Below are positions 34,787-45,012 of a stretch of 64,000 nt of DNA, one piece after another (within the stretch, counting starts at the first letter, position 1; every line of letters starts with the position of its first letter). The position numbers and the translations under genes are program-made. A model generated the notes under the pieces. The model saw nothing but the letters and a program-made list of their open reading frames with translations. It was not told the origin of the DNA and did no database searches. The DNA is taken from the IMG/VR virus record IMGVR_UViG_3300012662_000001, positions 42,558 through 106,557 of that record. The stretch is one strand, 5' to 3'. Source of the DNA: a virus.

Positions 34787-36953
34787 TAAACAGATTAGAG
34801 TGACTACTGATACTTCTGGTATTGAGCGATTTAGGTCAGAAGTGAATAGTCTGTATAGGGATCTTGAAAAGATTCATCAAAGTCAGGAGCGAATCACAGG
34901 TCAGGATGCTGATAGGATATATCGGCAGTTTAATGATTTGACGCATTCCTATAATGAAGTTGGTGCAGGTAATGATCAACAGGCTAATGGTGATTATTTT
35001 AATCTAACTCGGTTGTATTATCAGAATAATTATCATCGAGTGATTGAAGGACAGCGAAATCAGTATCTTGCACAGCAAAGGGATCAACAACTTAATAATC
35101 AACGTAGAATTGATAATCCTGAAGTTTCTGAGAATGATTCTAATTCACGAAAGTCTATTCTTGAACAGATTCGTGATACATTGAACAAGATGTTCAATAA
35201 GAATCAGACTGTTGGTGGAAAACCCTTACAGTCAAGAGACGGTCAACGAGGTGAAGAAAGCAATGATGGTGATGAAGAAAGTGGTTCAATTCTAAGACCT
35301 GATGTTCAAGGTGGTTTACAGTCGATTGCTTCTGGAGATTTTGTTGGCGGTCTTGGAAAACTGATGGGACTGGCCGGACTTGGTATTGCTGGAGCTGGAT
35401 TAGTCAAGGCTTTTCAGGATGTGTATCGTTCACAGACGAATGTTTATAGAGCAGGGTCTTCCATCGAACGAGAACTTGAGCGTTTGGATGTCTGGAGTTG
35501 GCTTCCATTCAGTAGTAGAGGCCGAAATGTAGAGACTACTCGTGAAAATCTTACTGCCTACTGGAACAATCGTGGTGCTCAATATCAGACAGCCTTGATG
35601 AATGGCACTGGTATTGATGAAGCCTTTAATTATCAGATAAGAGGTTCCAAGGTTCTTGGTAAGGATGACGGTAATCCAGAATATTCTCGTGCTATGTCAA
35701 AGGCTATTCAATTGGCTGGATCTATTGGTGCTGGAGGAGCCGCTGTGGGTACAGCAATAGCCCCTGGAATAGGTACAGCGATAGGTGGTGGAATTGGTGC
35801 TTTTGCTGGATTTTTAGGGGGTGCTGGATTAGGAGCCTGGAATGAATATATGAGTCATAATGTTCCTGAAATGGAAGTTCATAATAGAGGTTCCATTGTT
35901 CTTGGAAAGAATATTTCTGAGATGGCTTCTGATCTCTATGATTATAGAAGAGCCGCTGTGTCATCAAGAAATGCTGATAATGAATCCATTTGGCAGACAA
36001 TGCTTGCTGAAAAGACTTATGGACTGGATAAAGGTACTTTATCAGGTGTATATGCAGCCAATAGATATCAGAATGGTTCGTTAAGTGCTGATAAGGTTGC
36101 TGGAGGATTGCTTGCGTCATTACAGAGGCAGACAAGCGATCCTTTTGAAAGGTCAGTTCGGCTTCAGGAGGATCTTGGCACATACACACAAGTGGCGAAT
36201 TCCATTATTGGACAGACAGGTGCATTTGATTCAGAGGAATTGCGTAATATCATTCAGGGGTTGACTGCCAGAGGTGTTCAAGGGCAGAATCTCTCCTCTA
36301 TGGCGCAATCTTTTGCAGGTAATACAATGTCGGGTTCTCAGATGTCTCGTGCCTTGATTATGCAGGCCGCCACTATGTCTGGAAAGGGTGGTTCGTTGCT
36401 TGACTTACAGGCTGAATTGGAGCATCCAGAGGGAGCGACAATGAAGACCTTGATAAATAATCTCTGGAATATGTCTGGTGGTAATAAGGACTTCTTTGAG
36501 ACAACACTTTCATCCACACTTGGTATAAGCGCTTCCAGATTAAGAAATGCCAAACGTGATGCAGCCAAGAATGGAATGAATTTCCTATATGATAAGAATG
36601 GAAATCTGGATATAGATTCTATCTATAGCAGTGGTATTTTAGGAAAGGAATTTTCTGAGGATGAAGCGGCTGCAATGGTGACAGATCAGGAGAGAAGCGA
36701 AGCAGGAACAGCCAATAGAAATATTATTGCAGGTAAGATGCAGCAAGATGCCTATCAGCGTGGTGATGAAGATTGGTTTAAGTCTTTTAAGCAGATAGAG
36801 AAGAATCTGGATACATTGCTTCAGATGGTGAATAGTGGTGTTGATGTTAATATAAAGAGTGTGTCTGCCAGAGCAGCAGGTCAAGGAGGAACAACAAGTT
36901 ATGTTAGTGGTAGAGGGTCTTCAGGTTATTCTGCAGGAGGTGGTGGTAGATAA
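34779..36953 (+). CDS. tail tape measure protein
   Basis: 724 aa with a Q/N-rich helical N-terminus, a glycine-rich hydrophobic segment (GLAGLGIAGAGL, GAGGAAVGTAIAPGIGTAIGGGIGAFAGFLGGAGLGA) and the expected position. Confidence 0.7.
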   Translation: MADKQIRVTTDTSGIERFRSEVNSLYRDLEKIHQSQERITGQDADRIYRQFNDLTHSYNEVGAGNDQQANGDYFNLTRLYYQNNYHRVIEGQRNQYLAQQRDQQLNNQRRIDNPEVSENDSNSRKSILEQIRDTLNKMFNKNQTVGGKPLQSRDGQRGEESNDGDEESGSILRPDVQGGLQSIASGDFVGGLGKLMGLAGLGIAGAGLVKAFQDVYRSQTNVYRAGSSIERELERLDVWSWLPFSSRGRNVETTRENLTAYWNNRGAQYQTALMNGTGIDEAFNYQIRGSKVLGKDDGNPEYSRAMSKAIQLAGSIGAGGAAVGTAIAPGIGTAIGGGIGAFAGFLGGAGLGAWNEYMSHNVPEMEVHNRGSIVLGKNISEMASDLYDYRRAAVSSRNADNESIWQTMLAEKTYGLDKGTLSGVYAANRYQNGSLSADKVAGGLLASLQRQTSDPFERSVRLQEDLGTYTQVANSIIGQTGAFDSEELRNIIQGLTARGVQGQNLSSMAQSFAGNTMSGSQMSRALIMQAATMSGKGGSLLDLQAELEHPEGATMKTLINNLWNMSGGNKDFFETTLSSTLGISASRLRNAKRDAAKNGMNFLYDKNGNLDIDSIYSSGILGKEFSEDEAAAMVTDQERSEAGTANRNIIAGKMQQDAYQRGDEDWFKSFKQIEKNLDTLLQMVNSGVDVNIKSVSARAAGQGGTTSYVSGRGSSGYSAGGGGR

Positions 36954-36966
36954 TTGTAAGTAAGTT

Positions 36967-39684
36967 ATGGGTGATATAAGTAAGAATTATTCCTATGCCG
37001 AGTTTTCACGGTCTGGGACAGCGGCGAAAAAGGGGTGGGACAATTCCATTCCGGAACAGTATAGGACAAACATTCAAAGGCTTTGTACGACCACTTTACA
37101 ACCTATAAATGATGCAACAGGGTGGATTAATATAATTACCTCGGGATATAGGTCAAAGCAGTTGAATAAGGAAGTTGGTGGAGTGGATTCGTCTCATCAT
37201 CTAACAGGTTGTGCAGCTGACTGTAATTTCTATAAGGTTACTAATGGTAAGAGGGAACGAGTTGACTGTAAGACAGTGATGGACAAGGTTAAGAAACTTG
37301 GTGTTCCCTACACTCAGATGATTCCGTATAATGAGAAAGGCTTCGTTCATATTTCCTATACTGGAACCCCGACGAAGAAAGTGAAGATGGAGGATTCATC
37401 TGACGGTGCTGATATTCAGGTGGAGTATCCTGTGAATGAAGTTATAGGGCAATATTGTCTTTATACAACACAAAAGACAGATGATGTTGATGAACAGGGA
37501 AATATTATACTTGAGAAACTTAACGAAGCATTAAAGAAACTTGGATTTACCTTTGGTGATGATGGCAAACCGAATGAGGATTGGTTAAAGTTTACCGACG
37601 GTAATCAGACGAATCTGGAACGTATTGTGGAGATGTTTTCTCCTACAGAAAAGGTTAAGTACAAGGACAATATTGAGAATGGTAGAGTGCCTTATGTTAA
37701 GGTCGGGACACGATTGTTGGTTAAGTCATCGGAATTGGAAGCTCAGAGGGTGAAGTTTGAGAACTCCAATGTATTTGAGGTTCCTGACAAGACGGCTGTG
37801 ATGTACTGGACTGATAACATAAAGAAGATAACAAGTGATTCTTTATATCAGTCTGTGTGGAAGAATCCACTTGGCAATGTTGTGGTTCAACAGAAGAATC
37901 TTAATGCTAAGATTTGGGTCTGGAGCAGGGCATTTGGGCGGCTTGTGGACATATCCCCTTATGTGCTGTCCGTTTCTACAAATAAGAGTAATTTTAACGG
38001 TTCATTTTCTATTCAGGTTAATCCTGTTAAAGTAGCCAGAAATGTCCGTGGGTTTAACTATAATGAGGTGAATCAGTTTAATGCTGACACTGAACTTGGT
38101 GGAAATGATAGTGATGTTGATACTGATAAGGCTAAAGGATATTCCAAGACGCTTGATTGGTTCAGTGTGTTTATGCAGCAGAATGATATGGTCTGGCTTC
38201 GTTTTGAGGAACTTCAGATGGAGGAGAAATATCAGGTTGATGAAAATGATTCACTTGTTAAGGCAAGCACTGATTTGACGAGTTCTCTTATTTGGGATAT
38301 GATAGGCTTTGTGGATAATGTTACAAGTAGTGTAAACTATGATGGCAATGCCTATTCTATATCTATAGAGGGGAGGGATTTTTCGAAATTATTTGAGGAT
38401 GACGGTATAAGTTTTATTCCGTTTAATTCCATATTTGGCTCCGCTCATAATATGATGCTAATGACAAGTGATGAAAGCCCTTGGCTTCGCAGGAACGGCG
38501 ATGGAATGATTGCCTTTGGAATGTATTTTCAGTCCATTAAGTCCAGTCTTGGGTTTATTTTTGAGAAGTGTTCTCAAATAGAGATGGTTCCGGATGGTCT
38601 CTTTCAGACTTGTGATAGATATTTGGATGCGGCTGACGAGGAAGCCTTTGATCCAAAGGGTGTCTGGAGACTGTTTAAGATATGGTGTGATGGACAACTT
38701 GATAATAGAATTTTTTATAATAATGCTCTTGTGAATCCTGATGGCAGTATAGCGGATTTTATTCGATCAACGTGCAAGGAGCCGTTTGTGGAGATACTTG
38801 GTGACACTTGGGGTGCAGGGTATGACCTGATAATTCGCAAGCCACCGTTTGATAAGTCGTCTATTCAGACGATGTATTACGCCAAGAACAGTCAGGGTGC
38901 TTCTGCTGATTCCTATATTGACATTGCTGATGAGGACTTGTTTAGTTTTAATCTGTCATTTGATAATAGGGTTTATTCGTGGTATAAGATAGTTCCGGCT
39001 GATGGGCTTATTCCTGGACTGGATGCTAATACAGTGTCCATTATTATTCCAGTGTTCTATCTGGATGCCTATGTTAAGGTCTTTGGAAATAAGCGGTGCA
39101 TTGTGCAGGATCCGTATGTACTTTCTGCCTATCTTGGTGGTAATAAGTCTGAAAAGAAAACGAATTCATTGTTTACCACCTTGGCGGCTGATTACATTTA
39201 TGCGATAGAGAGTACAGCGTATCTTCCATTTACTCGTAAAGGAACGATAACCATTAACGGTGATAGGCGTATTAAAGTTGGAACATTTGTTCATCTTGAG
39301 GCCACTAATGAGATATTTTACGTTACAGGAGTGCAACAGAGTGTTTCATTTAGTGAATCCAGTTTGGAGAGGCAGACAGTGCTTACTGTTGAACGAGGAA
39401 TGGTGGTTGACTATATTACGAATGAGAAGTATAACTACTTTAATATTGTGAATATAGATGGTCTTAAGGATGCACTTGAAAAAGCCTTGACCTCTGGTGT
39501 GGCTAATACGGAGTTTAATACTACGCTTACTCGTGAGGGTGATGTGTTCAACTTTTTCTTAGGTCGTAGGCAATTTGTGAAGAATGTTAGGGAGACTTGG
39601 ACACTTACTGGAGGAGTGTTTGAAGGAGAGGGAAATCTTGCTGCATTTGAGACGAATAAGATTTTGAGTGAAAAACAGAATTAA
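36967..39684 (+). CDS. baseplate hub / tail-associated lysin with N-terminal peptidase M15 (LAS, D-Ala-D-Ala carboxypeptidase-like) domain
   Basis: SGYRSKQLNKEVGGVDSSHHLTGCAADCNF...GFVHISY matches the SxHxxGxAxD plus H zinc-ligand pattern; 905 aa, following the tape measure. Confidence 0.7.
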   Translation: MGDISKNYSYAEFSRSGTAAKKGWDNSIPEQYRTNIQRLCTTTLQPINDATGWINIITSGYRSKQLNKEVGGVDSSHHLTGCAADCNFYKVTNGKRERVDCKTVMDKVKKLGVPYTQMIPYNEKGFVHISYTGTPTKKVKMEDSSDGADIQVEYPVNEVIGQYCLYTTQKTDDVDEQGNIILEKLNEALKKLGFTFGDDGKPNEDWLKFTDGNQTNLERIVEMFSPTEKVKYKDNIENGRVPYVKVGTRLLVKSSELEAQRVKFENSNVFEVPDKTAVMYWTDNIKKITSDSLYQSVWKNPLGNVVVQQKNLNAKIWVWSRAFGRLVDISPYVLSVSTNKSNFNGSFSIQVNPVKVARNVRGFNYNEVNQFNADTELGGNDSDVDTDKAKGYSKTLDWFSVFMQQNDMVWLRFEELQMEEKYQVDENDSLVKASTDLTSSLIWDMIGFVDNVTSSVNYDGNAYSISIEGRDFSKLFEDDGISFIPFNSIFGSAHNMMLMTSDESPWLRRNGDGMIAFGMYFQSIKSSLGFIFEKCSQIEMVPDGLFQTCDRYLDAADEEAFDPKGVWRLFKIWCDGQLDNRIFYNNALVNPDGSIADFIRSTCKEPFVEILGDTWGAGYDLIIRKPPFDKSSIQTMYYAKNSQGASADSYIDIADEDLFSFNLSFDNRVYSWYKIVPADGLIPGLDANTVSIIIPVFYLDAYVKVFGNKRCIVQDPYVLSAYLGGNKSEKKTNSLFTTLAADYIYAIESTAYLPFTRKGTITINGDRRIKVGTFVHLEATNEIFYVTGVQQSVSFSESSLERQTVLTVERGMVVDYITNEKYNYFNIVNIDGLKDALEKALTSGVANTEFNTTLTREGDVFNFFLGRRQFVKNVRETWTLTGGVFEGEGNLAAFETNKILSEKQN

Positions 39685-39685
39685 T

Positions 39686-40837
39686 ATGGGAATGTTCGAT
39701 CAGGAGATATATGTTGACATTTCTGGTTATAAGGAGGGGATCACACCTGTTACGGTTGACTTGGGAGGTCAGAGTGTGGGGCTTGCTCGTGTGATTGTTC
39801 CATCAGGGGTTGATAGAGACCAGTATGTTGCGGACTGTTATCGTACAGGCAGAATCGACCTCTATGATGAAAGTCAGGGGACATATCTGAAGCAGTGTTA
39901 TGTCACTAATGAGGTTCTTGCCAATCTAAAGTTTCCAAGAGGTGTTGGTGATATTGGAGACCCTGTTGTGTGGGTGGCACAGCCTACTATATTCAACAGG
40001 CCTATGGTTGTGGGGACGTTTCCAAGCGGTGATAGGATGCGCCTTGGTACTGATCAGACAATTGAGGTTCACAAGGAATGGGACAAGGGGTATGTTGATG
40101 TTACGGCTGACGCCAAGGACGGTTCCCTGAATGTGGTGGTTCACGGTCAGGAGAAGAACGGTGGAACAGTGCGTGTTTCAGTGCTTGGTGATGAGAAGTC
40201 TATTCTTGAAGTGAAGTCTGACGGCCTTGTGTCAGTTGAATCCGGAAAGGAACTTTGTGTGCGTTCCTATGAAAGGATAGATTTACAGTTGGAGAATCCA
40301 AAGAATCTGGATCAGACAGGTGTTGTGGTTACGAAGGATGGTGTTGATATTGCGGCCAACTATTCCGTGGATGAGGAGGATTCTGAAAAGGTGAACTACA
40401 CCAAGGTTCACGTTGACAAGGATGGTATGTCCTGTGAGGAGTACTTTTGTGAGGATGATGATGCAACGAAGTATAATGTTGACATTAATAAGGAGAGTTT
40501 TACGGCAAAATCAGCGATTAAGGGTGATGAAGTGCAGTTTACTCACACAATCACTGATGAGGAATACAGAATCGAATTTAAGGACGTTATTTTCTCACTA
40601 AAGGAGAAACTTGCAGTTCTCCAGCAGGGTGAGAACACCAAGATAGAATTGAAGGACGGCAAGGTTGCCATAATTAATTCCGGAACTGGAATGAATGACA
40701 TTCTTTCCTTGCTTGTTGACACGATAGAGAAATTGACAGTGGCAACCTCTATGGGGCCGAGTGGCACACCGCTTCCCCCTACAATTCAGGCGACGACACA
40801 GTTAAAACAGAAGTTGAATCAATTTTTTAACGAATAG
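39686..40837 (+). CDS. baseplate central spike candidate
   Basis: Position after the hub; beta-rich repetitive sequence. Confidence 0.4.
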   Translation: MGMFDQEIYVDISGYKEGITPVTVDLGGQSVGLARVIVPSGVDRDQYVADCYRTGRIDLYDESQGTYLKQCYVTNEVLANLKFPRGVGDIGDPVVWVAQPTIFNRPMVVGTFPSGDRMRLGTDQTIEVHKEWDKGYVDVTADAKDGSLNVVVHGQEKNGGTVRVSVLGDEKSILEVKSDGLVSVESGKELCVRSYERIDLQLENPKNLDQTGVVVTKDGVDIAANYSVDEEDSEKVNYTKVHVDKDGMSCEEYFCEDDDATKYNVDINKESFTAKSAIKGDEVQFTHTITDEEYRIEFKDVIFSLKEKLAVLQQGENTKIELKDGKVAIINSGTGMNDILSLLVDTIEKLTVATSMGPSGTPLPPTIQATTQLKQKLNQFFNE

Positions 40838-40841
40838 AATT

Positions 40842-41063
40842 ATGGCACTTGTATCACAGAATCTGGCCACGCAGTTATATGGATTTTTTCAGAAGATGCG
40901 TAATGTCACTGAGGTTGATGATATGGCGATGGCGCAGGAATTTGCTAACATTATAGATGGATATATTAAGACAGCGCAGGTTGCTCCTGGAATCCCAGTG
41001 GCGACGGCAGGAACGGCAGCGGCTCAAACTGGAGCGACCACTGGGCCTGGAACTTTGATATAA
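40842..41063 (+). CDS. small hypothetical baseplate-region protein
   Basis: 73-aa ORF. Confidence 0.4.
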   Translation: MALVSQNLATQLYGFFQKMRNVTEVDDMAMAQEFANIIDGYIKTAQVAPGIPVATAGTAAAQTGATTGPGTLI

Positions 41064-41068
41064 TTTTG

Positions 41069-41076
41069 TATCTTTG
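41069..41076 (+). promoter_or_regulatory. -7 box TATCTTTG
   Basis: 22 nt upstream of the ATG at 41098. Confidence 0.35.
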
Positions 41077-41097
41077 CGTAAAAGAATGAGGTGAATT

Positions 41098-41940
41098 ATG
41101 TCAGATGTGACGGAATATTTGCAGAATCGTGGAAACACTGTGATAAATGAGGCGATTAGACTTACCAAGTCTATTGGCCTTCAAGCTGTTGCGACTGCAA
41201 TGCCATATGAGTTTGAGTGGTATATGGTTGCCCTGGAACTTGCCACCGCTGACAATAAGACGATAGATTACCTCACCTTTCCTATAATGCCTAATTCACT
41301 TTCCAAGGTGGAGCAGAATCGTACTTCCATTAAGAAGTCCTTGAGTGGCGTGACTGTTTTGCAGAATTCAGCGCTTCCGCTTGGAGAGATTGTTCTTCAG
41401 GGGAATTTTGGACGTGGGTTTAAGAATCTTGTGGGTGTTAGCAATGATATTTTTGGTGGTGCTCAAGCCTATAGTATGAAAGCAGGGAAGTATGATCTTT
41501 ATTCTCTTCAGGAGGGTAGCGGTAATAAGATTCCAAAGGTTAAGACTTTCAATACCGCTGTTAAGACAGGGTATGGAGTTGTGAAAATGCTTCAGGCCAT
41601 ATTGAGTAAGAGTGTGGGGCACGATAATCAGGGTAGACCATTTCGTCTCTTCTTTTATAATATGGCATTTGGAGAGAGTTATCAAGTGGTTGTTCCCTCC
41701 AATGGTATGCGATTCTATCAGGATCTTTCTAACAATATGATATGGAACTACGATTTGCGGCTTACTGTTGTGGCTCCTCTTGATGCCGTTGTTAAGGATT
41801 CGAGAAAGTGGAAACAACTTGCGGCTTCAGCTATTAAGGGGAGTGTGGATATCGTTAGTTCTGAGGTTAAGAATGTTGTTGGCGATCTTGGAGAAAAAGC
41901 AAGTATGAAGATTGATGACTGGACTAATATAGGAAGTTAA
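41098..41940 (+). CDS. hypothetical baseplate protein
   Basis: Position in the baseplate block. Confidence 0.45.
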   Translation: MSDVTEYLQNRGNTVINEAIRLTKSIGLQAVATAMPYEFEWYMVALELATADNKTIDYLTFPIMPNSLSKVEQNRTSIKKSLSGVTVLQNSALPLGEIVLQGNFGRGFKNLVGVSNDIFGGAQAYSMKAGKYDLYSLQEGSGNKIPKVKTFNTAVKTGYGVVKMLQAILSKSVGHDNQGRPFRLFFYNMAFGESYQVVVPSNGMRFYQDLSNNMIWNYDLRLTVVAPLDAVVKDSRKWKQLAASAIKGSVDIVSSEVKNVVGDLGEKASMKIDDWTNIGS

Positions 41941-42854
41941 TGAATACAAAGGTTTTTGAAAGATTTCAGACTATCACAGGGTATGACATTAAATTATATC
42001 TTGAGAACTTTGTATTGTTCTGCCGAAATTCCTTTCCTACGATTGTTCAATATTACAATGGACAGATAGTTGACACTAAAAAAGTGTTCAGCGAATTGGA
42101 CTACCTCTTGACTCAGACGGAAACGATAGAATCTCTCTTTGTCTTGAAGGCTAATCAGATGGATACTATAGACTACTGGGAATTGCTGGATGTGTTTACA
42201 AATAGTCAGACAAAATTATGGACGATAGACAATTCTTCCAAATGGTTTAGAAGTGCCATTATAGGTCGGTATGGGAACAACACTGTTGTTCAACGTACAT
42301 TGAAGTCCAGGGAGACATTCGAGAATGTCATCAACTCACTTGGAATGACTGAATCTGATGATTCGTGGGTCGATATAGCGAGACCGAATCAGATTGAGGA
42401 GGAGGACTACACTCCCGATGAGGGCTCCTCTATGTTCAAGATTAATATAAAGACAAGTGGTGTGTCATTAATTGACAACATTGTTGATTCATTGAGTGAA
42501 AAGAGCATTCTTGGAAAGGATATTGATAAGAAGTTTACATTTTCGGGAAATGATTTGGCGACTGTTGAGTATGATGATGCTGTTCGACAGGCACTTGACA
42601 CCATTCTTAATAGTATACAGGGTTCCATTCCGGAATTTCCGGAATACGGCTTTGCTGACACGGCAATAGGTGTTTCAATGAAGGCTCTCTCCTATCCTAC
42701 CATTATAAAGAATATGATGGATATGTTCAGCAGAGACGGTCGATGGGATGAGGTGAATATTCTTGATTTATACGTTAAGGATGACAATGTGTTCTGTAAG
42801 ATTAATGCACGGACTGTGACAAATAATTACATCATAACGAATGTTCAGATATGA
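41940..42854 (+). CDS. baseplate wedge protein with gp25/GPW-like C-terminal domain (tentative)
   Basis: IPEFPEYGFADTAIG...IIKNMMDMFSRDGRWDEVNILDL; position directly upstream of baseplate J. Confidence 0.45.
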   Translation: MNTKVFERFQTITGYDIKLYLENFVLFCRNSFPTIVQYYNGQIVDTKKVFSELDYLLTQTETIESLFVLKANQMDTIDYWELLDVFTNSQTKLWTIDNSSKWFRSAIIGRYGNNTVVQRTLKSRETFENVINSLGMTESDDSWVDIARPNQIEEEDYTPDEGSSMFKINIKTSGVSLIDNIVDSLSEKSILGKDIDKKFTFSGNDLATVEYDDAVRQALDTILNSIQGSIPEFPEYGFADTAIGVSMKALSYPTIIKNMMDMFSRDGRWDEVNILDLYVKDDNVFCKINARTVTNNYIITNVQI

Positions 42855-44053
42855 TAACAAAGACAGATAATACCATTAACACTCTGAAGAACCTGTTCTT
42901 GGAGGTGCTTCTGAATAAGACAGATAAGGTGTCTGATATCACGGATAATTCCGTCTTGAACGGTGTTGCCTATGGTGCGGCCAAGATTGCTCAGAAGGCC
43001 ATTAAGGACGTGGCTATTGTGGAGACGCAGATATTTCCGGAAACGGCATCAGGTGAGTGGTTGGATCGTTCAGCGTTGCTGTTTGGTGTTACACCAAGGA
43101 AGTCCGCTCACGGTTCTTCCACTTATGTCTGTGTGTTTGCCAATCCTGGAACAGTGTATGATAAGGACACTCAGATATTTACGAACACCAATGGAGTTCG
43201 CTTTCAACCTGAGGAAACCGTTGTTGTCGGTGATTATGGCTATGCCTATATAAAGGTTAGGAGTGTTGGTGAGGGGACTTATACCAATGTGGCCGCAAAT
43301 AGTATTCTCCGTGTTGCGCCTGTTCCTACTGGACATATCGCCTGTACGAATGAATACTATGCACAGGGCGGTCGTGATGAGGAGGATGATGATACCTTTA
43401 GGCGTAGGATTCTTAACCACCAGAATCTATTTGCGACAACCACTCTGGAAAAGATTACACAGGTGTTTCAGAATTTTGATGATAGAGTTCTTAAGATTCT
43501 GTGGGTTGGTGTTATGGAGGACGGTTTTCTTCACATTGAGATTGCCACTCAGAACGGTCAGGATTTATCAGAAGATGAACGTAGTTCATTACTGGAACAG
43601 GCACGTCCCTATTTTGGTCTTAGTGACTTGATTGTTAGTGGTCGATTAATGGGCATTAAATTGGATAATGTTCAGTGGTACGAGGTTGGTGGTGAAGTAG
43701 GTCTTGACTTCAGGTGTGAACTGGAAGCAGGGTATGAAATCGCTGACGTGCGCAGAAGGATTCAGATTGGTGTCACCAAGTATCTTGACTGGAGGTATTG
43801 GGCAGCAGGTTCAAAGGTGGAATGGGATAACATTCTTGAGATAGTGAAAAACACGGAAGGGGTGAAGTATGTGGCCTCGGAATGGTTCTATCCAAATGAG
43901 GACGAGTATGTGTCTGAATTTATGCTTCCTCGTGTGAAGAGGTTTATTATGAGGAACCTGGACGGTACTGTGATGGTGGATTCATCCACTTCCACGGAGA
44001 TTGAACAGCGATACAACGAGTTGTTCCCTTCCTATTATGCAGCGAATATTTAA
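42851..44053 (+). CDS. baseplate J-like protein (T4 gp6 / P2 gpJ family)
   Basis: LNGVAYGAAKIAQKAIKDVAIVETQIFPETASGEWLDRSALLFGVTPRKSAHGSSTYV fits the Baseplate_J N-terminal pattern. Confidence 0.65.
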   Translation: MITKTDNTINTLKNLFLEVLLNKTDKVSDITDNSVLNGVAYGAAKIAQKAIKDVAIVETQIFPETASGEWLDRSALLFGVTPRKSAHGSSTYVCVFANPGTVYDKDTQIFTNTNGVRFQPEETVVVGDYGYAYIKVRSVGEGTYTNVAANSILRVAPVPTGHIACTNEYYAQGGRDEEDDDTFRRRILNHQNLFATTTLEKITQVFQNFDDRVLKILWVGVMEDGFLHIEIATQNGQDLSEDERSSLLEQARPYFGLSDLIVSGRLMGIKLDNVQWYEVGGEVGLDFRCELEAGYEIADVRRRIQIGVTKYLDWRYWAAGSKVEWDNILEIVKNTEGVKYVASEWFYPNEDEYVSEFMLPRVKRFIMRNLDGTVMVDSSTSTEIEQRYNELFPSYYAANI

Positions 44054-44076
44054 TTTTGTGGTATAGATATACGATT

Positions 44077-44376
44077 ATGGGACAGAGTTACAATATGGGG
44101 AATTACGCTCAGACAACAGGTGTTAAGATGAAGTCTGAGGACGGCTTGCGTGATCTTACAGTGCAGATAGGCGAGCTTTGGAACATTTCAGGTGACTTTA
44201 TGTCAACGGAGCCGTTCGCTATCAAAAATATTTCTGAGGATAATGTTCTCTTGAATGTGCGTCTCTATGGTATGACGGAGTTCATTGAGACAGTGTTCTA
44301 TCCGGGCTGGAATATTGAACTTGTGTGTGAGGTTAAGGCAGTTCCGGCTGGAATCATACAGGGGGGTCGTCTGTAA
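44077..44376 (+). CDS. hypothetical protein
   Basis: ORF; ATG at 44077 preferred over the TTG at 44056. Confidence 0.4.
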   Translation: MGQSYNMGNYAQTTGVKMKSEDGLRDLTVQIGELWNISGDFMSTEPFAIKNISEDNVLLNVRLYGMTEFIETVFYPGWNIELVCEVKAVPAGIIQGGRL

Positions 44377-44585
44377 TGAACATTATCGGAAACATACATA
44401 TCATTGGTAAGAAGGCCTTAAAAATTATTTTGAGGTTCTTCTTTAAGAAGGATGTTGTATGGATTGATGATAATACACTGGAGGGGGGTCAGGAGGTGGT
44501 CTCCAATACGGACTGGAAACTTTATAAGGAAGGAGAACTTGCGGATGAAGACACTGGAACTTATTCTGTTGAGGACAGAATTTAA
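44376..44585 (+). CDS. small hypothetical protein
   Basis: 69-aa ORF, ATGA-coupled to the upstream gene. Confidence 0.35.
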   Translation: MNIIGNIHIIGKKALKIILRFFFKKDVVWIDDNTLEGGQEVVSNTDWKLYKEGELADEDTGTYSVEDRI

Positions 44586-45012
44586 TGAGAAGAGAACCAT
44601 TGGGGAACTCTTTGCTGACGGCATAAAACTGGCTGACACACTTGAGGATACGTTGCGTGACTTGCCTGAAAAGTGTCTGAGCACCCCTAAATTTAAGCCT
44701 TGTGCCTGTTCTGAGAAAGTATATGGTAAGACGTGTATTCCAGCAGGACGATATAGAGTGAGGTATCTCTATTCTAATCGGTTTAAACGGAAGTATCCGT
44801 GTCTTCAGAATGTCCCTCATTTTCTTGGCATTTTGATTCACGCAGGTTCCAATGAGGGACACACTGAGGGGTGTATTCTTGTGGGTACTCTGGCTCAGGA
44901 TGGGCAGCATCTTGTGGACACCTTTAAGGCTCGTGATAGGGTCTGCAACATTGTTGAGGATGCCGAGAAAAGTGGGTTGGAAGTGTGGGTAACCATTAAA
45001 AATGAAAAGTGA
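44545..45012 (+). CDS. DUF5675-like protein; possible cell-wall-active enzyme (H...GC catalytic-type motif)
   Basis: TIGELFADG...IPAGRYRVRY...VPHFLGILIHAGSNEGHTEGCILVG; the family assignment is from recall. Confidence 0.45.
   Translation: MKTLELILLRTEFNEKRTIGELFADGIKLADTLEDTLRDLPEKCLSTPKFKPCACSEKVYGKTCIPAGRYRVRYLYSNRFKRKYPCLQNVPHFLGILIHAGSNEGHTEGCILVGTLAQDGQHLVDTFKARDRVCNIVEDAEKSGLEVWVTIKNEK

Noticed and set aside
35722-36189. 155-aa minus-strand ORF inside the tape measure gene
   Set aside because: It is antisense to the glycine-rich tape-measure segment, and its Q/L/H-rich translation is a shadow.
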